NCBI GenBank assembly: GCA_964035575.1 | Contig: OZ037836.1 | Coordinates: 1,178,001-1,242,000 of the forward strand | Length of the DNA: 64,000 bases | Direction: 5' to 3' | DNA from: Rhynchopus sp. YZ270_cl-10 | Taxonomy: Eukaryota | Part shown: piece by piece, positions 35,091 through 47,556 of the stretch | Layout of the letters: every line of letters starts with the position of its first letter | How positions within the stretch are numbered: position 1 is the stretch's first letter | Notes under the pieces: model-generated | The model's database searches: none | What the model was told of the DNA's origin: nothing | What the model saw: only the letters and a program-made list of their open reading frames with translations | Program-made: the position numbers and the translations under genes

Positions 35091-36328
35091 TATACATAGC
35101 GCTCTAATTAGAGTATTAGGGTATAATTAGAGTCTGGGATTTTGGGCCAAGTCAGTTAGAGTCCAGTTAGAGTATAATTAGAGTCGCTTTTCTTCAATTA
35201 GACTATAATTAGAGTGCAGTTAGAGCATAATTAGACTCTAACTACACTCTAATTATAGTCTAATTAGAGTAAAACAACAGGCTTCTTGTAGGTGCAAACG
35301 CCGTAAGGAACCGGTTCCCCTAAGGTTCCTCTGTAGGACCCAGGTGCCCAGATGCCCACATAGCTGAAAATAAGACTTGGGGAACCGAGTTCTCAGCCGG
35401 ACTGGGACACAATATGTGAAGGCGCTGTGGTCCGCCTGAAAGCGGGTCGGGGACCCGGTCGCGGGAGGGTGGGGGCCTAGTCCTAGTCCTACTGTACCTA
35501 GTACCCAGTACCGGGACTCGGGACCCGGCTTATTCTCAGCTATGGGTACCCAGGTACTCAGACCCGCGCAGTGGCACATGCCCTCAAGTGTGAGTGACCC
35601 ACACATTAGGGAATGCGATGCAAAAACTCTATGTGCACCTTCGGTGCAACGCCGCAGACAGGCCTCTACAAATGTTGATGCGCGGGTACAGAAGTGGTGT
35701 CTTGTTCTTTCATCTGTAGGAATATAAATATCAATCGAATTTAACTACCACTAAGGGGTCGAAGGGGTAATCCCAGTATCAAAGGCTGTGTTGACGGGAA
35801 ATCTATAGCGAGCTTACGTTCATTTCAGCCGAAGAAATACTACTTATGAACCCAGGAGAGATCCAAGCCTCGCGTTGAACAACTACCCGCGATCGACAAT
35901 ACCAAAGAGAATTCATAATAAAACAACACTGCCCCATACACACTAAATAGCCATGCTTCAAGTGCATGCCCCTGGGCCAAAATTCCTGTGCTAAAAGGGC
36001 AACAAGACCATCCACAAGGAGTGTGAATTGTGCACTGGTTTTCTGGGGGAACAAACAATATTTTCTTGTGTCTGGTTCTCTGCAAGCAGAGAACAGACTT
36101 GCTGGATTACAAAGTCGAATTTCTTGCACTAGCTATGCCCCCTGGGTTGATCGCTATAGCATTGATTGCTGTGCCCCTCTTTATTGACCCTCTTATAGGA
36201 CTCTAATTAGACTCTAATTAGAGTCCAGTTAGAGTATTAGAGTTCAGTTAGAGTTTTAAAGACTCTAATAATACTCGAACTGCCGACTCTAATTATCTAG
36301 TTAGAGTCTAATTGGAGCGCTATGTATA
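35091..36328. mobile_element. MITE-like element, copy 2, 6-bp TSD
   Basis: Near-identical to 26681-28029 but lacking ~115 internal bp; TSD TTTATT at 35085-35090 and 36329-36334. Confidence 0.92.
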
Positions 36329-36899
36329 TTTATTGTTTTCGGGGGTGGGGGAAAAACATAAAAAGGAAAAGTCGGGTGCGGTTTCAATTTCATTTGTGTG
36401 ACCTGGCACGGCACTTACCTGCATCCCGGATTAGAAAAATGGAAAAAGGATGGGAGTAGGATACGGTGCTCAATTTCCTTTTAGCACTGCATGTAATCAT
36501 GCAAGAAAATACAAATAGATTTAAAACCACCTGGAAGCAAATAGGAATACAAACACATATCAGTGCAACATGACTTCGTTTTCATTGAAGCAGGTGTGTA
36601 AGGGTGGTGGTGTGTCTGAACCGAGACAGAACACCGCCACCCACAACACTGTGCCAACCGCCACCACGATCCCAATGATCACGCCAAGGCTCAGACCAGA
36701 CCTCCCCTTGTCTTCCGTTCTGTCCCTTCTCCACGTCCCTTAGGGGCAGACGTCCACCCAGGTTCCTCTGTCACCTGTGGTGCACGAGAGACAGTCGCAG
36801 AAGGTCCTGATGTTCGCCCTGTCTGTGGTGCACGTGTTTCAGTAGTCGGTGGAGGCATCGTACGTACAGTAGTCAACACCCGCGATGTGAGTGGTCACG

Positions 36900-37170
36900 C
36901 AATGTATGCAGGGTTTGCAGACAAAGCACACCGTCTGCAAGAACGTGAACAGTCTCTTACCAACTGGGAACAACGCCTTACGGTGCGTGAAGCGCAGCTC
37001 CTTGAGCGTGCATGGTGCCCTTCCTGCAGTGCAGGAGTGGAAGGACGTGACATGTCTCGCACAGATGATGTGGAACCCACCTATCCTACCAGAAGTCCAC
37101 AAGACCTCAAAAGCGTCCATTTTTTGTTCCCAACCACAACAGAGTCTCCCGGAGACACAGTGAACAGACC
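36900..37170 (+). pseudogene. Inverted duplicate fragment of the 20149-21717 ORF
   Basis: ADKAHRLQEREQSLTNWEQRL...TVNRP matches ~20715-20970 on the opposite strand. Confidence 0.85.
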
Positions 37171-37739
37171 GCAGGAGGACGCGCTTTGCTGTGGTCCTGG
37201 CTGGCACACCTACCTCCGGAACACGTGCACCACGAACACGAATGCCACCGACTGGGGTGTGAGCATGTGTTGCATGAAGAGCGTCGTCTCGGGGTGTCTT
37301 CTGTACATCCGTAGAAAGCCTGTTCGCCAGGAGTGTCTACCCAGAACGCGAGTTTGACATAATCTGTTGTGAAGGAAATGATCAGCTCTTGTGTTGAATT
37401 CTGGAGATGAACATTTTTGTGTGTAAGGTTCTGTAATGGAGGAGGGGCTAGGGGTCTGGGTGGGGGTGATTCGCGTCTTCGAGAAGAAGTGTGGTGGGGG
37501 GAGTGAAGGAAAAATAATGAAGTTCTGGGTGGGGATTCTTTTGCAGCACAGAGTAAAATAACACAATGTGTGGAACGTCTTGCTCAGCACAGCTCTCCTC
37601 TCGCACCAAGTAGTAGTCTGTGCCACGGTGAGCAAGACTGTGCCCCTCTTCTTCTCCGAACCAGAGGACGCAAGCAGACACACTGCCAGAGACCCTCCAC
37701 CTCGGGGAGGTGCTGCCCTGCCACCAACACACCACGTCG

Positions 37740-38657
37740 TCATTGTGCGTGTCTCTGTCGCTTCTGGCTTTGCTCGGGGGATTCGTCTCTGCTTCGTTTC
37801 GGACGTGCTTCAACCACAAGCTTCCTCAGCTTCCCGTTCCTCACTTCGTTGGACACAACACTGCTGCAGCCGGAAAGGTAAATGCTCGTCAACGAAGTGC
37901 AGTGCGCAGCAAAATCCGTAGTATTAACAAAAGGTCTCAAACCAATCGACGTCACGTTCCTGAGTGGTGATAAATCGAGGGTCGTTAAGCTGCTGCAGTT
38001 CTGTAGGAAGCCCGCACCAACCTTCGTCACATTGATGAGTAGAGATAAATCGATCTTGGTTAAGCTGCTGCAGCCGGAAAGAAAGGCGTGCTTAATGTGC
38101 GTCACATTGCGGAGTGGTGACACATCCAAGGTCGTTAAGCTGCTGCAGTTCCAAAGGAAGCTCGCACCAACCTGCGTCACATTGCTCAACCCAGAGAGGT
38201 CGATACTTGTCAACGAGTCGCAGGCTGCCAGGAAGCTGTGACCAATGTGAGTCACAATGGACTCAGCACTGAGATCAAGTCTCGTCAACGAAGTGCCCGA
38301 CAAGAAGAAATTCGGAATGACAGTCGCAACCTCCGCCTGCAGAAGCAAACACGCCACCTCAGGATCCCTCACACTCTTCAACTTCTCGGCTGTGATGTCG
38401 GTCACACCCAACGCATGAAGCTCTGCAATGCCTTTGTACTTCTGTGACTTCTTCGTGAGGATGATTGTGTCACCAGCACTCAGCTGCGTCACGTCCGCTC
38501 CTTCTCCCATCGGTTCGTCTCCGAAACTCATGCAAAAGCCGTCTTCAGGCAACCCCATTGCAGACGCCACCTTCCGCCGCAAGCCCTCCACTGTGTCATC
38601 TTCACCCACCTCGACTGTGTGCTGATTCATGTCGAAACCCTTGATGTTCAGGTCCAT
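37740..38657 (-). CDS. UBL-LRR family copy 7 (305 aa)
   Basis: Intact; ATG of MDLNIKG at 38657. Confidence 0.9.
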   Translation of the reverse strand: MDLNIKGFDMNQHTVEVGEDDTVEGLRRKVASAMGLPEDGFCMSFGDEPMGEGADVTQLSAGDTIILTKKSQKYKGIAELHALGVTDITAEKLKSVRDPEVACLLLQAEVATVIPNFFLSGTSLTRLDLSAESIVTHIGHSFLAACDSLTSIDLSGLSNVTQVGASFLWNCSSLTTLDVSPLRNVTHIKHAFLSGCSSLTKIDLSLLINVTKVGAGFLQNCSSLTTLDLSPLRNVTSIGLRPFVNTTDFAAHCTSLTSIYLSGCSSVVSNEVRNGKLRKLVVEARPKRSRDESPEQSQKRQRHAQ

Positions 38658-39340
38658 GTCTTTGTTGTGGTTTTGTGTTCTGATCTCTGTGTGTGGTGGT
38701 GGGGTGTGGAGGACAACAAGCCTGCAGTCCTTTTCAAGAACCTTGCCAAAAATAAATGTTGGAGAAGGGCCCCCTCTCACCTCCCCTGCCTCACACAACC
38801 CACAGACGTGCACCGCAACACATATCGCCCCTCCCTACCCTCTCTGGAAACGGCACATACGTGACCCTCCCTCAACATCGTGTCGAGAGCATCTGTCCCC
38901 ACTGGTCGCCAGCACCTCTCTCTGGTGGAGCCACGCCAGCAGCGATGTGCCACGTCATGCCGTCATGCACAGCACCACACACCACACGTCACGTGTTGAC
39001 ACCATGTGGCTACGTGCCTTTTGCTGCACTCACACCCCTCCCTCCCTCCCTTCGCTTTGCCTCGTGCATGTATATGTGAAGATCAAGATCGTGTGATGTG
39101 TAAGATAATGGGAGAGTGAAAGCGAGAGCGTAATGGTCTGCAAAAAATAAAGTAGATTCGATACTTTTTTTGCTGTTGTCATTTATTTATTGTTTTCACT
39201 TTGGTGCTGCTTTTTGTACACAAAAGGCCTGTTTTCAGCCACACCAATCCAGGAGGCCGTTTTTTTTTTTTTTGGAAACTTCGCTGTATTAGTGTAGACT
39301 GATGTCATATCAGTTCCGCAGTCAGGGCCCTTCCACGTCG

Positions 39341-40258
39341 TCATTGTGCGTGTCTCTGTCGCTTCTGGCTTTGCTCGGGGGATTCGTCTCTGCTTCGTTT
39401 CGGACGTGCTTCAACCACAAGCTTACTCAGCTTGTTGTCGTTCCTCACTTTGTTGGACACAACCCTGCTGCAGCCGGAAAGGTAAATGCTCGTCAACGAA
39501 GTGCAGAACGCAGCAAAATCCGTAGTAGAAGTAAAAGGATTCAAACCAATCGACGTCACGTTCCTGAGTGGAGATAAATCTAGGGTTGTTAAGCTGCTGC
39601 ACTTCGCAAGGAACCACGGAGCAACCTGCGTAACGTTGCTCAGTGGTGATAAATCGATGCTGGTTAAGTTCTTGCAGCCGTAAAGAAAGCTGCCCTTAAT
39701 CGACGTCACGTTGCTGAGTGGTGATAAGTCCAAGGTCGTTAAGCTGCTGCAGTTCAGAAGGAAGTGGTTACCAACCCGCGTCACATTGCTCAACCCAGAG
39801 AGATTGACACCTGTCAACGAGGTGCACTCTGCCAGGAAGCTGACTCCAATGCGAGTCACAATGGACTCAGCACTGAGATCAAGTCTCGTCAACGAAGTGT
39901 GTGCCAAGAACCCATCCGGAATGACAGTCGCAACCTCCGCCTGCAGAAGCAAACACGCCACCTCAGGATCCCTCACACTCTTCAACTTCTCGGCTGTGAT
40001 GTCGGTCACACCCAACGCATGAAGCTCTGCAATGGCTTCTTGCTTCTGCGTCTTCGTGAGGATGATTGTGTCACCAGCACTCAGCTGCGTCATGTCCGCT
40101 CCTTCTCCCATCGGTTCGTCTCCGAAACTCATGCAAAAGCCGTCTTCAGGCAACCCCATTGCAGACGCCACCTTCCGCCGCAAGTCCTCCACTGTGTCAT
40201 CTTCACCCACCTCGACTGTGTGCTGATTCGTGTCGAAACCCTTGATGTTCAGGTCCAT
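39341..40258 (-). CDS. UBL-LRR family copy 8 (305 aa)
   Basis: Intact; ~1.6-kb tandem unit with copy 7. Confidence 0.9.
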   Translation of the reverse strand: MDLNIKGFDTNQHTVEVGEDDTVEDLRRKVASAMGLPEDGFCMSFGDEPMGEGADMTQLSAGDTIILTKTQKQEAIAELHALGVTDITAEKLKSVRDPEVACLLLQAEVATVIPDGFLAHTSLTRLDLSAESIVTRIGVSFLAECTSLTGVNLSGLSNVTRVGNHFLLNCSSLTTLDLSPLSNVTSIKGSFLYGCKNLTSIDLSPLSNVTQVAPWFLAKCSSLTTLDLSPLRNVTSIGLNPFTSTTDFAAFCTSLTSIYLSGCSRVVSNKVRNDNKLSKLVVEARPKRSRDESPEQSQKRQRHAQ

Positions 40259-42116
40259 GTCTTTGTTGTGGTTTTGTGTTCTGATCTCTGTGTGTGGTGG
40301 TGGGGTGTGGAGGACAACAAGCCTGCAGTCCTTTTCAAGAACCTTGCCAAAAATAAATGTTGGAGAAGGGCCCCCTCTCACCTCCCCTGCCTCACACAAC
40401 CCACAGACGTTCACCGCAACACATATCGCCCCTCCCTACCCTCCCTGGTAACGGCACATACGTGACCCTCCCTCAACATCGTGTCGAGAGCATCTGTCCC
40501 CACTGGTCGCCAGCACCTCTCTCTGGTGGAGCCACGCCAGCAGTGATGTGCCACGTCATGCTGTCGGTGGTGGCACACATCTGATGCTCGTGTCCATCCG
40601 CGTTCCGAACCTGCCCCCTCCACCCACGTCCCTTCCTCTGCAGCAAAGTGCACAGCACCACACACCACACGTCACGTGTTGACACCATGTGGCTACGTGC
40701 CTTTTGCTGCACACACACCCCTCCCTCCCTCCCTCCCTCCCTTCCCTTTGCCTCGTGCATGTGAAGATCAAGATCGTGTGATGTGTAAGATGGAGAGTGA
40801 AAGCGAGAGCGTAATGGTCTGCAAAAAATATAGTAGATTCGATACTTTTTTTGCTGTTGTCATTTATTTATTGTTTTCACTTTGGCACTGCTTTTTGTAC
40901 ACAAAAGGCCTGTTTTCAGCCACACCAATCCAGGATGCCGTAATTTTTTTGGAAACTTCGCTGTATTAGTGTAGACTGATGCCATATCAGTTCCGCAGTC
41001 ACCCCCTTCCACGTCGTCATTGTGCGTGTCTCTGTCGCTTCTGGCTTTGCTCGGGGGATTCGTCTCTGCTTCGTTTCGGACGTGCTTCAACCACAAGCTT
41101 CCTCAGCTTCCCGTTCCTCACTTCGTTGGACACAACACTGCTGCAGCCGGAAAGGTAAATGCTCGTCAACGAAGTGCAGTTCTCAACAAATTCTGTAGTA
41201 TCATTCCAAGTCAAACCAATCGACGTCACATTGCTGAGTGCTGACAAATCCCGGGATGTTAAGCTGCTGCAGTTCTGAAGGAAAAACGGACCAACCTGCG
41301 TCACATTGCTGAGTGGTAATAAATCGATGGTGGTTAAGCTGCTGCAGCCGGAAAGAAAGGCGTGCTTAATCTGCGTCACATTGCGGAGTGGTGACACATC
41401 CAGGGTTGTTAAGCTGCTGCAGTTCCAAAGGAAGCATGCGCCAACCTGCGTCACATTGCTCAACCCAGAGAGGTCGACACTTGTCAACGAGATGCAGTGT
41501 GACAGGAAGCTACCTCCAATGTGAGTCACAATGGACTCAGCACTGAGATCAAGTCTCGTCAACGAAGTGCCCGACAAGAACTCATTTGGAATGACAGTCG
41601 CAACCTCCGCCTGCAGAAGCAAACACGCCACCTCAGGATCCCTCACACTCTCCAACTTCTCGGCTTCGATAAACGTTTTTAAAAATAGGATGGAGCACCC
41701 CGGTCCGAAAAGGAATGCAGCCACCCCTGGCTTCAGGCTCGCGAACCCAGCGTTGATGTAACACAGGGTTTCACGGGCCAAAAACCAGAAAAAAAATGAA
41801 AAATTGAGGGTTCAACGACTGCGCCAACTGGTCTCATGCGCCGTTGAACCAACTTAAAATCTAGAATCTTGTGTCAACTTGTAAAGAAAAGCAATGAATA
41901 TTAAAAATTACCGGTTTCAGGCGTGGCGTACACGTCTGCTGCCATCTACGCTGGGATAGCAGTCCGGCTTGAACTTGGGGTCCAACAACAGTGCCAAGTG
42001 GACTTATGCGTCGCTGTGTCAACTGAAAAACAATGAAAAACAAGAATGTCGTTGAGGAAGATTGAAATGCATGAAAAAACAAATGCATGGAAAAACAAGA
42101 AGAACAAGGTAAATCT

Positions 42117-43098
42117 CTACAGAGGGTGCTGTCCTAGCTTGTCCTCTTTCGTTGTCTCGCCCACACTAAGCTTCTCAACGGCCGTGCAGGCGAGCTTTGT
42201 GGCGTTCACGTTGTTACTGCTGTCGATGTGCACCAACGTGATGCTTCGGGTCGCTCTCAGCTTGTCAAGCTCACCCCGCGCCTCTTTCTGGAGGTGGGCG
42301 ACTGCCGCGTATGGTCTGCAGTGCTCGTTCACCTGGTCAACCACGGTTCTACTGGATCCGTAGATGTTCAGTGGTGTGGTGTCTGTGACGCTCTTCAGGT
42401 ATTCGAGGCACATCAGCAGTCCTTTATACTCCGCGACGTTCAGGGGTGTGTCCGCCAGGCGACTACTGGCTGTCCACCGCACCTCGCCGTCTTTCTCGAG
42501 GCGTGCTCCAGCGCCCGATCCCTGGCAAGTGTTTTTCTTCACCCTCGCCCCCGGCTGCCTCACGTTGCAGTATCCGCCGAAGAAGATGCGAGTGTGTCCG
42601 GTGGGTTTCTTAGGTTTGCGTCGATCCTGCTTCTGCTGCTTCTGCTCAGCAGCCAAACGGATGTGCTTCGCAATTCTGTCTGCTCTCTCCTGTTTGCAGT
42701 CCTCTTCTAGGGGTGGGAGCTCTGTGTTCGTCCAGGATTTGTTTCCGTTGCAGAGGGTTGGCAGGGACCGGATCGTCTTGAGCACCTCAGCTGGTTCGGT
42801 GAGGATGGGTCGTCTCGTGATCGCTAGGGTTCCCCACTTGATGCCTAGGTCTAATGGGGCGAACACTTTGCTCCTGGGGTAGATGGTGCCCGAGAAGAGG
42901 TACGCGTTTGCTGCCACTATCTTTGCCTTAGCCATCCAGTTGCTGAACCAGGTGATTTTGTCGGTGATCATGGAGCTCTCTCGGGAATTGGGTTCCTCTG
43001 TGGTGAGCTTTGCTCCTGTGTGCGCTTCGAAGTCCAGCGCCAGCTCCAGGTGCGAGACGTGCTGTGATTTCCCATTGGACACCGTCGGCCACTTTAGG
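42117..43098 (-). CDS. Frameshifted C-terminal part of element A ORF2 with degenerate RNase H-like domain
   Basis: WLE/LKWP aligns with WLAALRWP of element B, implying a frameshift near 43098. RIFFGG..GSGAGA..NVAEYKGL..IYGSSRTVVDQV..NVNATKLA follows the RNase HI (RVT_3-type) pattern. Confidence 0.8.
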
Positions 43099-46000
43099 CT
43101 CCAGCCACTCCTTGAGTGCGAGGTATCCTTCCGCTTTGTACGGCCACGCGTCTGGCACCTCGTCAGGAAGTACTCCTATGTAGGTCTCGTATGGGCCTTC
43201 TGGTTCCCATGTCCAGGGAAAATTGTCCATTTGGCTCGTCTTCGTTGTAGTGGTACCGCGTTTTCTCTTGTCCTCCCTCTCTAGGGCGATGTCTGAGTAC
43301 ATGAGAAGCAGCAGCTCTAGGGCTTCTCTGTTCGGCACTTCCGGAATCATCTGGAAGCCGGCGGGGAGAATGGCGTTGAGGCGCAGGCATTTCGGCCAGC
43401 TTTCTCTTACTGCTGGATCGGACACTCCTGCGTATTTGTGCTGTTCGCGTATGTGTGCGGTGTGGCTGCATTGTTCCCACATGTGTTCAAAGTCCTCCAC
43501 ACCTGTGCCGCAGTGCTCGCACGTGTCACTGGTGCTCATCTTCATTCTTTTGCGCCTGTCCTGTGTGAGCTCCGCTCCTGCAAGAATGTTCCTCATGTAC
43601 CCTGCACGCAGTGGATCTGTGTTCTTGTAGCTGTTCCACACGGCGTTGATTGTGCGATAATCGATGCCATCTTTAACCCCTTGCATGTCCTCCCTCCTTG
43701 TCTCGAGTCTACGGCAAAAATCGTCCCTGATACCGTCTCGGAGTTGGTGTCGAAGGAGGTCACCCTCGGGTTCGTCGAGGTTCATCTGTGTTGTGTGCGG
43801 GGGCAATAGGGTGTTGTTCTCCCAGCGCCAGTTCATGGATTGGGTGGTGCGGAGGAGGATGTCTACCGGTCCACAGTATTTTACTCTCGACGTCCGCTTC
43901 AGGATACGGATCTCGTCTATTAGGGTTCTAATCTCCTGGTTCTTCCCCATGGTGTAGAGCGCGAGCAGGCGTTGGTACTTGAGGTAAGATGTTGGGTCTG
44001 TCCGGTGTAGCGGGTTCAGCACTCCCCTCACTATTTCACTACATCTGCTAGGTAGGCCCCTCCAAATCGCCGCCGTCACTGCTTTGGTGAGCCTTCCAGC
44101 GGTGGTGGACAGCGGCTCGTACGTCTCGCAGCCGTAGAGTGCCATGGGTATTATTTTTGTCGCCACCAGTTCGGCTCTGCCTTCAAAGGGGACGTTGAGG
44201 TGAGGGATACGTCGCGCACATGTCTCAGCTTTGCGCACTCGCTTGTCCAGCTTTGTCGCTGCTTCCTTTTTCTTGGCTACGGCCAGTCTGATCACTGCGC
44301 CGAGGTTGTCCAGTTCCTTCTTTTCCTGTCTCAGCTGGGTGTCTCCGAGCATGAGCTCCAGCTTTTCGGTCTTGGCTGTCGAGAAGGAGAAACTACTTCC
44401 GTACGTGAGGTCAGTCTTGGTGGCGAAGTCGTGGGACACTGTGAGGCCTTTCCTCAATTGTGCGGTGTTGTTCGAGGTCATGGTGGTGTCGTCCGCGTAC
44501 AGGCTTGTCCGACATCTGGCTTCCGTCCGAACCGCCGCCTCCCACACTGCTAGGAGGGCGTTCAGCAGGATAATGCTCAGCGCACATCCCTGCAGAATGC
44601 CATTGTTCGCTTTGAACTCCTCACCGACCGTACCGTATAGTTTGAACCGCCTCTTCAGGTCCCTGTACATGCTCTTGAGGGGCCGCGTGATCTTCATGTC
44701 GATCCCCATTTTCTCCACAAGACTGAAGGTTATGTCCCACGGTATGGTGTCGAAGCATTTCTTAATGTCCAGAAATACTCCTCGCAGCGTGTTCCCCGAC
44801 ACCATTGCTTTTTCGACCAGGAGTGCGGTGAGGTAGAAAGCGTCACGTGTTCCGTGCCCAGTCCTGAAGCCGTGCATGGATTCCGGTGCCCATGTCTCTT
44901 GCCACACCATCAGGCTCGTCAACCTTGTCTTTGCCCATAGCCGATATACCGCCGACATCACGGAAATTGGTCGGTGGTCGAGTGGTTGTGGGTCCTCCAC
45001 CTTGGCGATCATGCTCACGGTCGCGTGGAGGAGAGCTTCTGGCCATATGCCCGTCTCTTCTACTTGGTTGAGGATTGATGCCAGCCTGTCGAAGATCCCC
45101 GTTGGGAGAAGCGCAAGTTCTTCTGGGTGCCAGCCGTCTGTGCTGGGGGCCTTCCCCTTCGGCATGCTCTCGGCCACGGCTTTCAGCATCCTTCCGGTGA
45201 GGGGTTCTACGTGCATCGGCCGTTGAGGTATGTGTGTGCCAAACCTTTCCTCGAACGCTTCCCACGTGGGTGTGTCACTCAGGGTGTTGTGCTTTTGGAG
45301 TATGGGAAGCCATGCCTCACGCAACCACGTGTCCATGTCCTCCACATTCGCGGTCTCTTCCGTCCCGCGCTTCATCGTGTTGCACCGCACTTTGGCTCCG
45401 TTGAGGCGCTTGTAGATAAGCCCTGGTGTGGTGTGCCATTGCGTGCGTATCATACGATATCTTTGCGTGGCCCTGTCCCTCTCCAGGTTCTTTCTGGCAG
45501 TTTCGAGTCTCTGGTGCAGGCGCTGTATCAGCTCCAGTGTCGTGCTGGCCTGCGGCTCCTCCTCTGGGGTAGCGTCGAGAATGCTCACCAGCCCTGCCTT
45601 CGCTTTGTCCCACGCCTTGCGTGCGCTGGGTGTGAGGGCTCCTTTGGTGCGTAGAGTGTTGCCGACCTCTGTTAGTCTGCGGATCGTCTTCCGGATGCGC
45701 GTCATCTTGAGGGTCTCTCCTGCGTCGCCTTCGCGAGACTGTCTGCTGCACAGCCAGGTGCGTCGAAGTTTGGGTGGTCGGCCTTTGCGGAAACATGCTG
45801 CTGAGTTGTCGTCTCCCTGCCGTGCCCAGAAGTTGGTCGCATCCTCATTCCATGCTTTCCACTTGTCCTCTACCAATGTGCTTGTGTGCCATTGTGCTTT
45901 GGAACCATCGCAGATCTCTTCAGCCTCCTTTTCCAGGTCTGCCTTCGTTTTCTTCCTGCTCAGTTCATCCTGTTGTAGCATAGGGGCCCTTTCCTGCTTG

Positions 46001-47556
46001 AGCACACGCTGCCTGAACGTCATATTCTCAAATGTCGCGTCCAGGGGGATGTGTGAAGGTATTCCGGCCGTCCCCGTTTTGCACCCTGCCAGCGCAAGCA
46101 CCGCAATCTGGTTGGCCAGGATGATGTCAATTCGTGAGCACACACTTTTGGCTTCAGACTTTGTGCTCTTACCGATGTGGGTGTGCTCTGGCTCTTGGTT
46201 GGCCCAGCCCGCGGCTCGTTCGGCACAGTCCGTCCATCGTTCTGAGCTGATGGCTAGGGATATTGCTTCGCTTGAGCTGGGTTCTGGGTGGCTGTTGCAA
46301 TCCCCGAGGATAATCGCTGGTACGTCCCCTATCTCTGCTTCTGCAAATACATCCGATAGGAAGCTCTCGCGCTCTTGCTTTGCTTGCGGGGAGTTGCCGA
46401 CTTTCGCGTATATCACGAATAGGTGTAGAAAATGGTTCCCTGCCCCATGTGCCACCTTTGCGTGCAGGTAACGCTTTGAGTCCCAGAGTCTCTTTGCTCG
46501 TTCAGTATCTCTCCTGACCACACTTGCTGGTATGCCTCGTTTCACCATTAGGCCCACCCCCTTGTGTTCTCCGTAGCTCTGTTGTATTGCGTTTGGAAGT
46601 AACTTTACTGGGCACCCCCAGAGACCTGTCCAGCCTTGTTCATACAGCGTTCGGGAAGCTTGGGCCTGTTTCTTCTGTGTGAGCCGGGTCTCCTGCAGTG
46701 CGACTATGTCGTTGTCCCAACTCCACACCTCCTCCTGGTGAGCATTCATTGAGGTGATGTTGGCAGTACGTATGGACAGGTTTGGAGTGGCCCGGGCAGC
46801 GCGGCGTCGCTTTCTCTCCGTCTTGGTACGTTTCCGTGAGCGAGACACTGCGATATTCGTGTCCAGGTTCTCCAGCGTGACACAGCGGTTGCCCTCTGCC
46901 TGCGTCGTTGCAATCAGCGACAACAGCCCCTCGGTTGCTTTGAGGCGGTCGAAGTGCTCGGGCCTGTACGTGAGCACAACTGGGTTCGATGTAGGTGGTC
47001 CGCCGACGTGGCTAAACCGTTTCGCTCTGGCATCCAGTACCCAGATGGCCCTGTCGAGTATGCTTGCCGCAGTCTGTAGCTCACGTTCTCCACCGTACGT
47101 TCCTTGCATTCTCATTTTGGCTAGGTGTTGCGTGTAGGTGGAAGGTTCGTTTGCCTCAGGAGAGTAGCTGTCAGCATAGAGGTCACTGTCGTCGTTTTGC
47201 AGTACGTCCACCACCCGTTGTCGCAGTGAGTTCGTTGTCCACCCCTCGCTCTGCTCAGCTATGGCAGAGAATAGGCAGTCCCCGTCTGGCGCTACTGCTA
47301 TCCTTGTAGAGTTGATACTGCGGGCTGTTGCGTCCAACCACTCCTTGTGGTCGGTGATGGCCCTCAGTGGGTTCACGGGATTGTCGTTGTTTTTGGGGTA
47401 GGCGCTCCTACCTATCCCCGGTTCTATGTGCGATTCTAAGTACGTATCTAATCTAGTGGGGGGGGTGAGGTGGGGGAGTGGAGGGGTTGGGTCTAGAATC
47501 AAACGAACAGGAGATCGTTGATCTCGTCCGCAATCGCCTTCGACTCCTTCTTCCAC
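43099..47556 (-). CDS. Element A ORF2: OTU protease - APE endonuclease - reverse transcriptase - Zn finger
   Basis: OTU: VAPDGDCLF (Cys 47275-47277), YGGEREL, EHFD. APE: TANI, ALQET, LGDCN, SRIDII, PSH. RT: RPIS, HGFR, LDIKKCFD, GILQGCALS, YADD (~44490). Zn finger CEHC..H..C. Confidence 0.95.

Noticed and set aside
41017..41781. ORFs 41017-41781, 22201-22983 and 8161-8820 as intact genes
   Set aside because: They are 3' halves of disrupted copies extended into element tails from non-ATG codons.
43085..43105. Programmed frameshift before the RNase H region
   Set aside because: Element B reads through the homologous position in one frame, so a small deletion or sequencing error is more likely.
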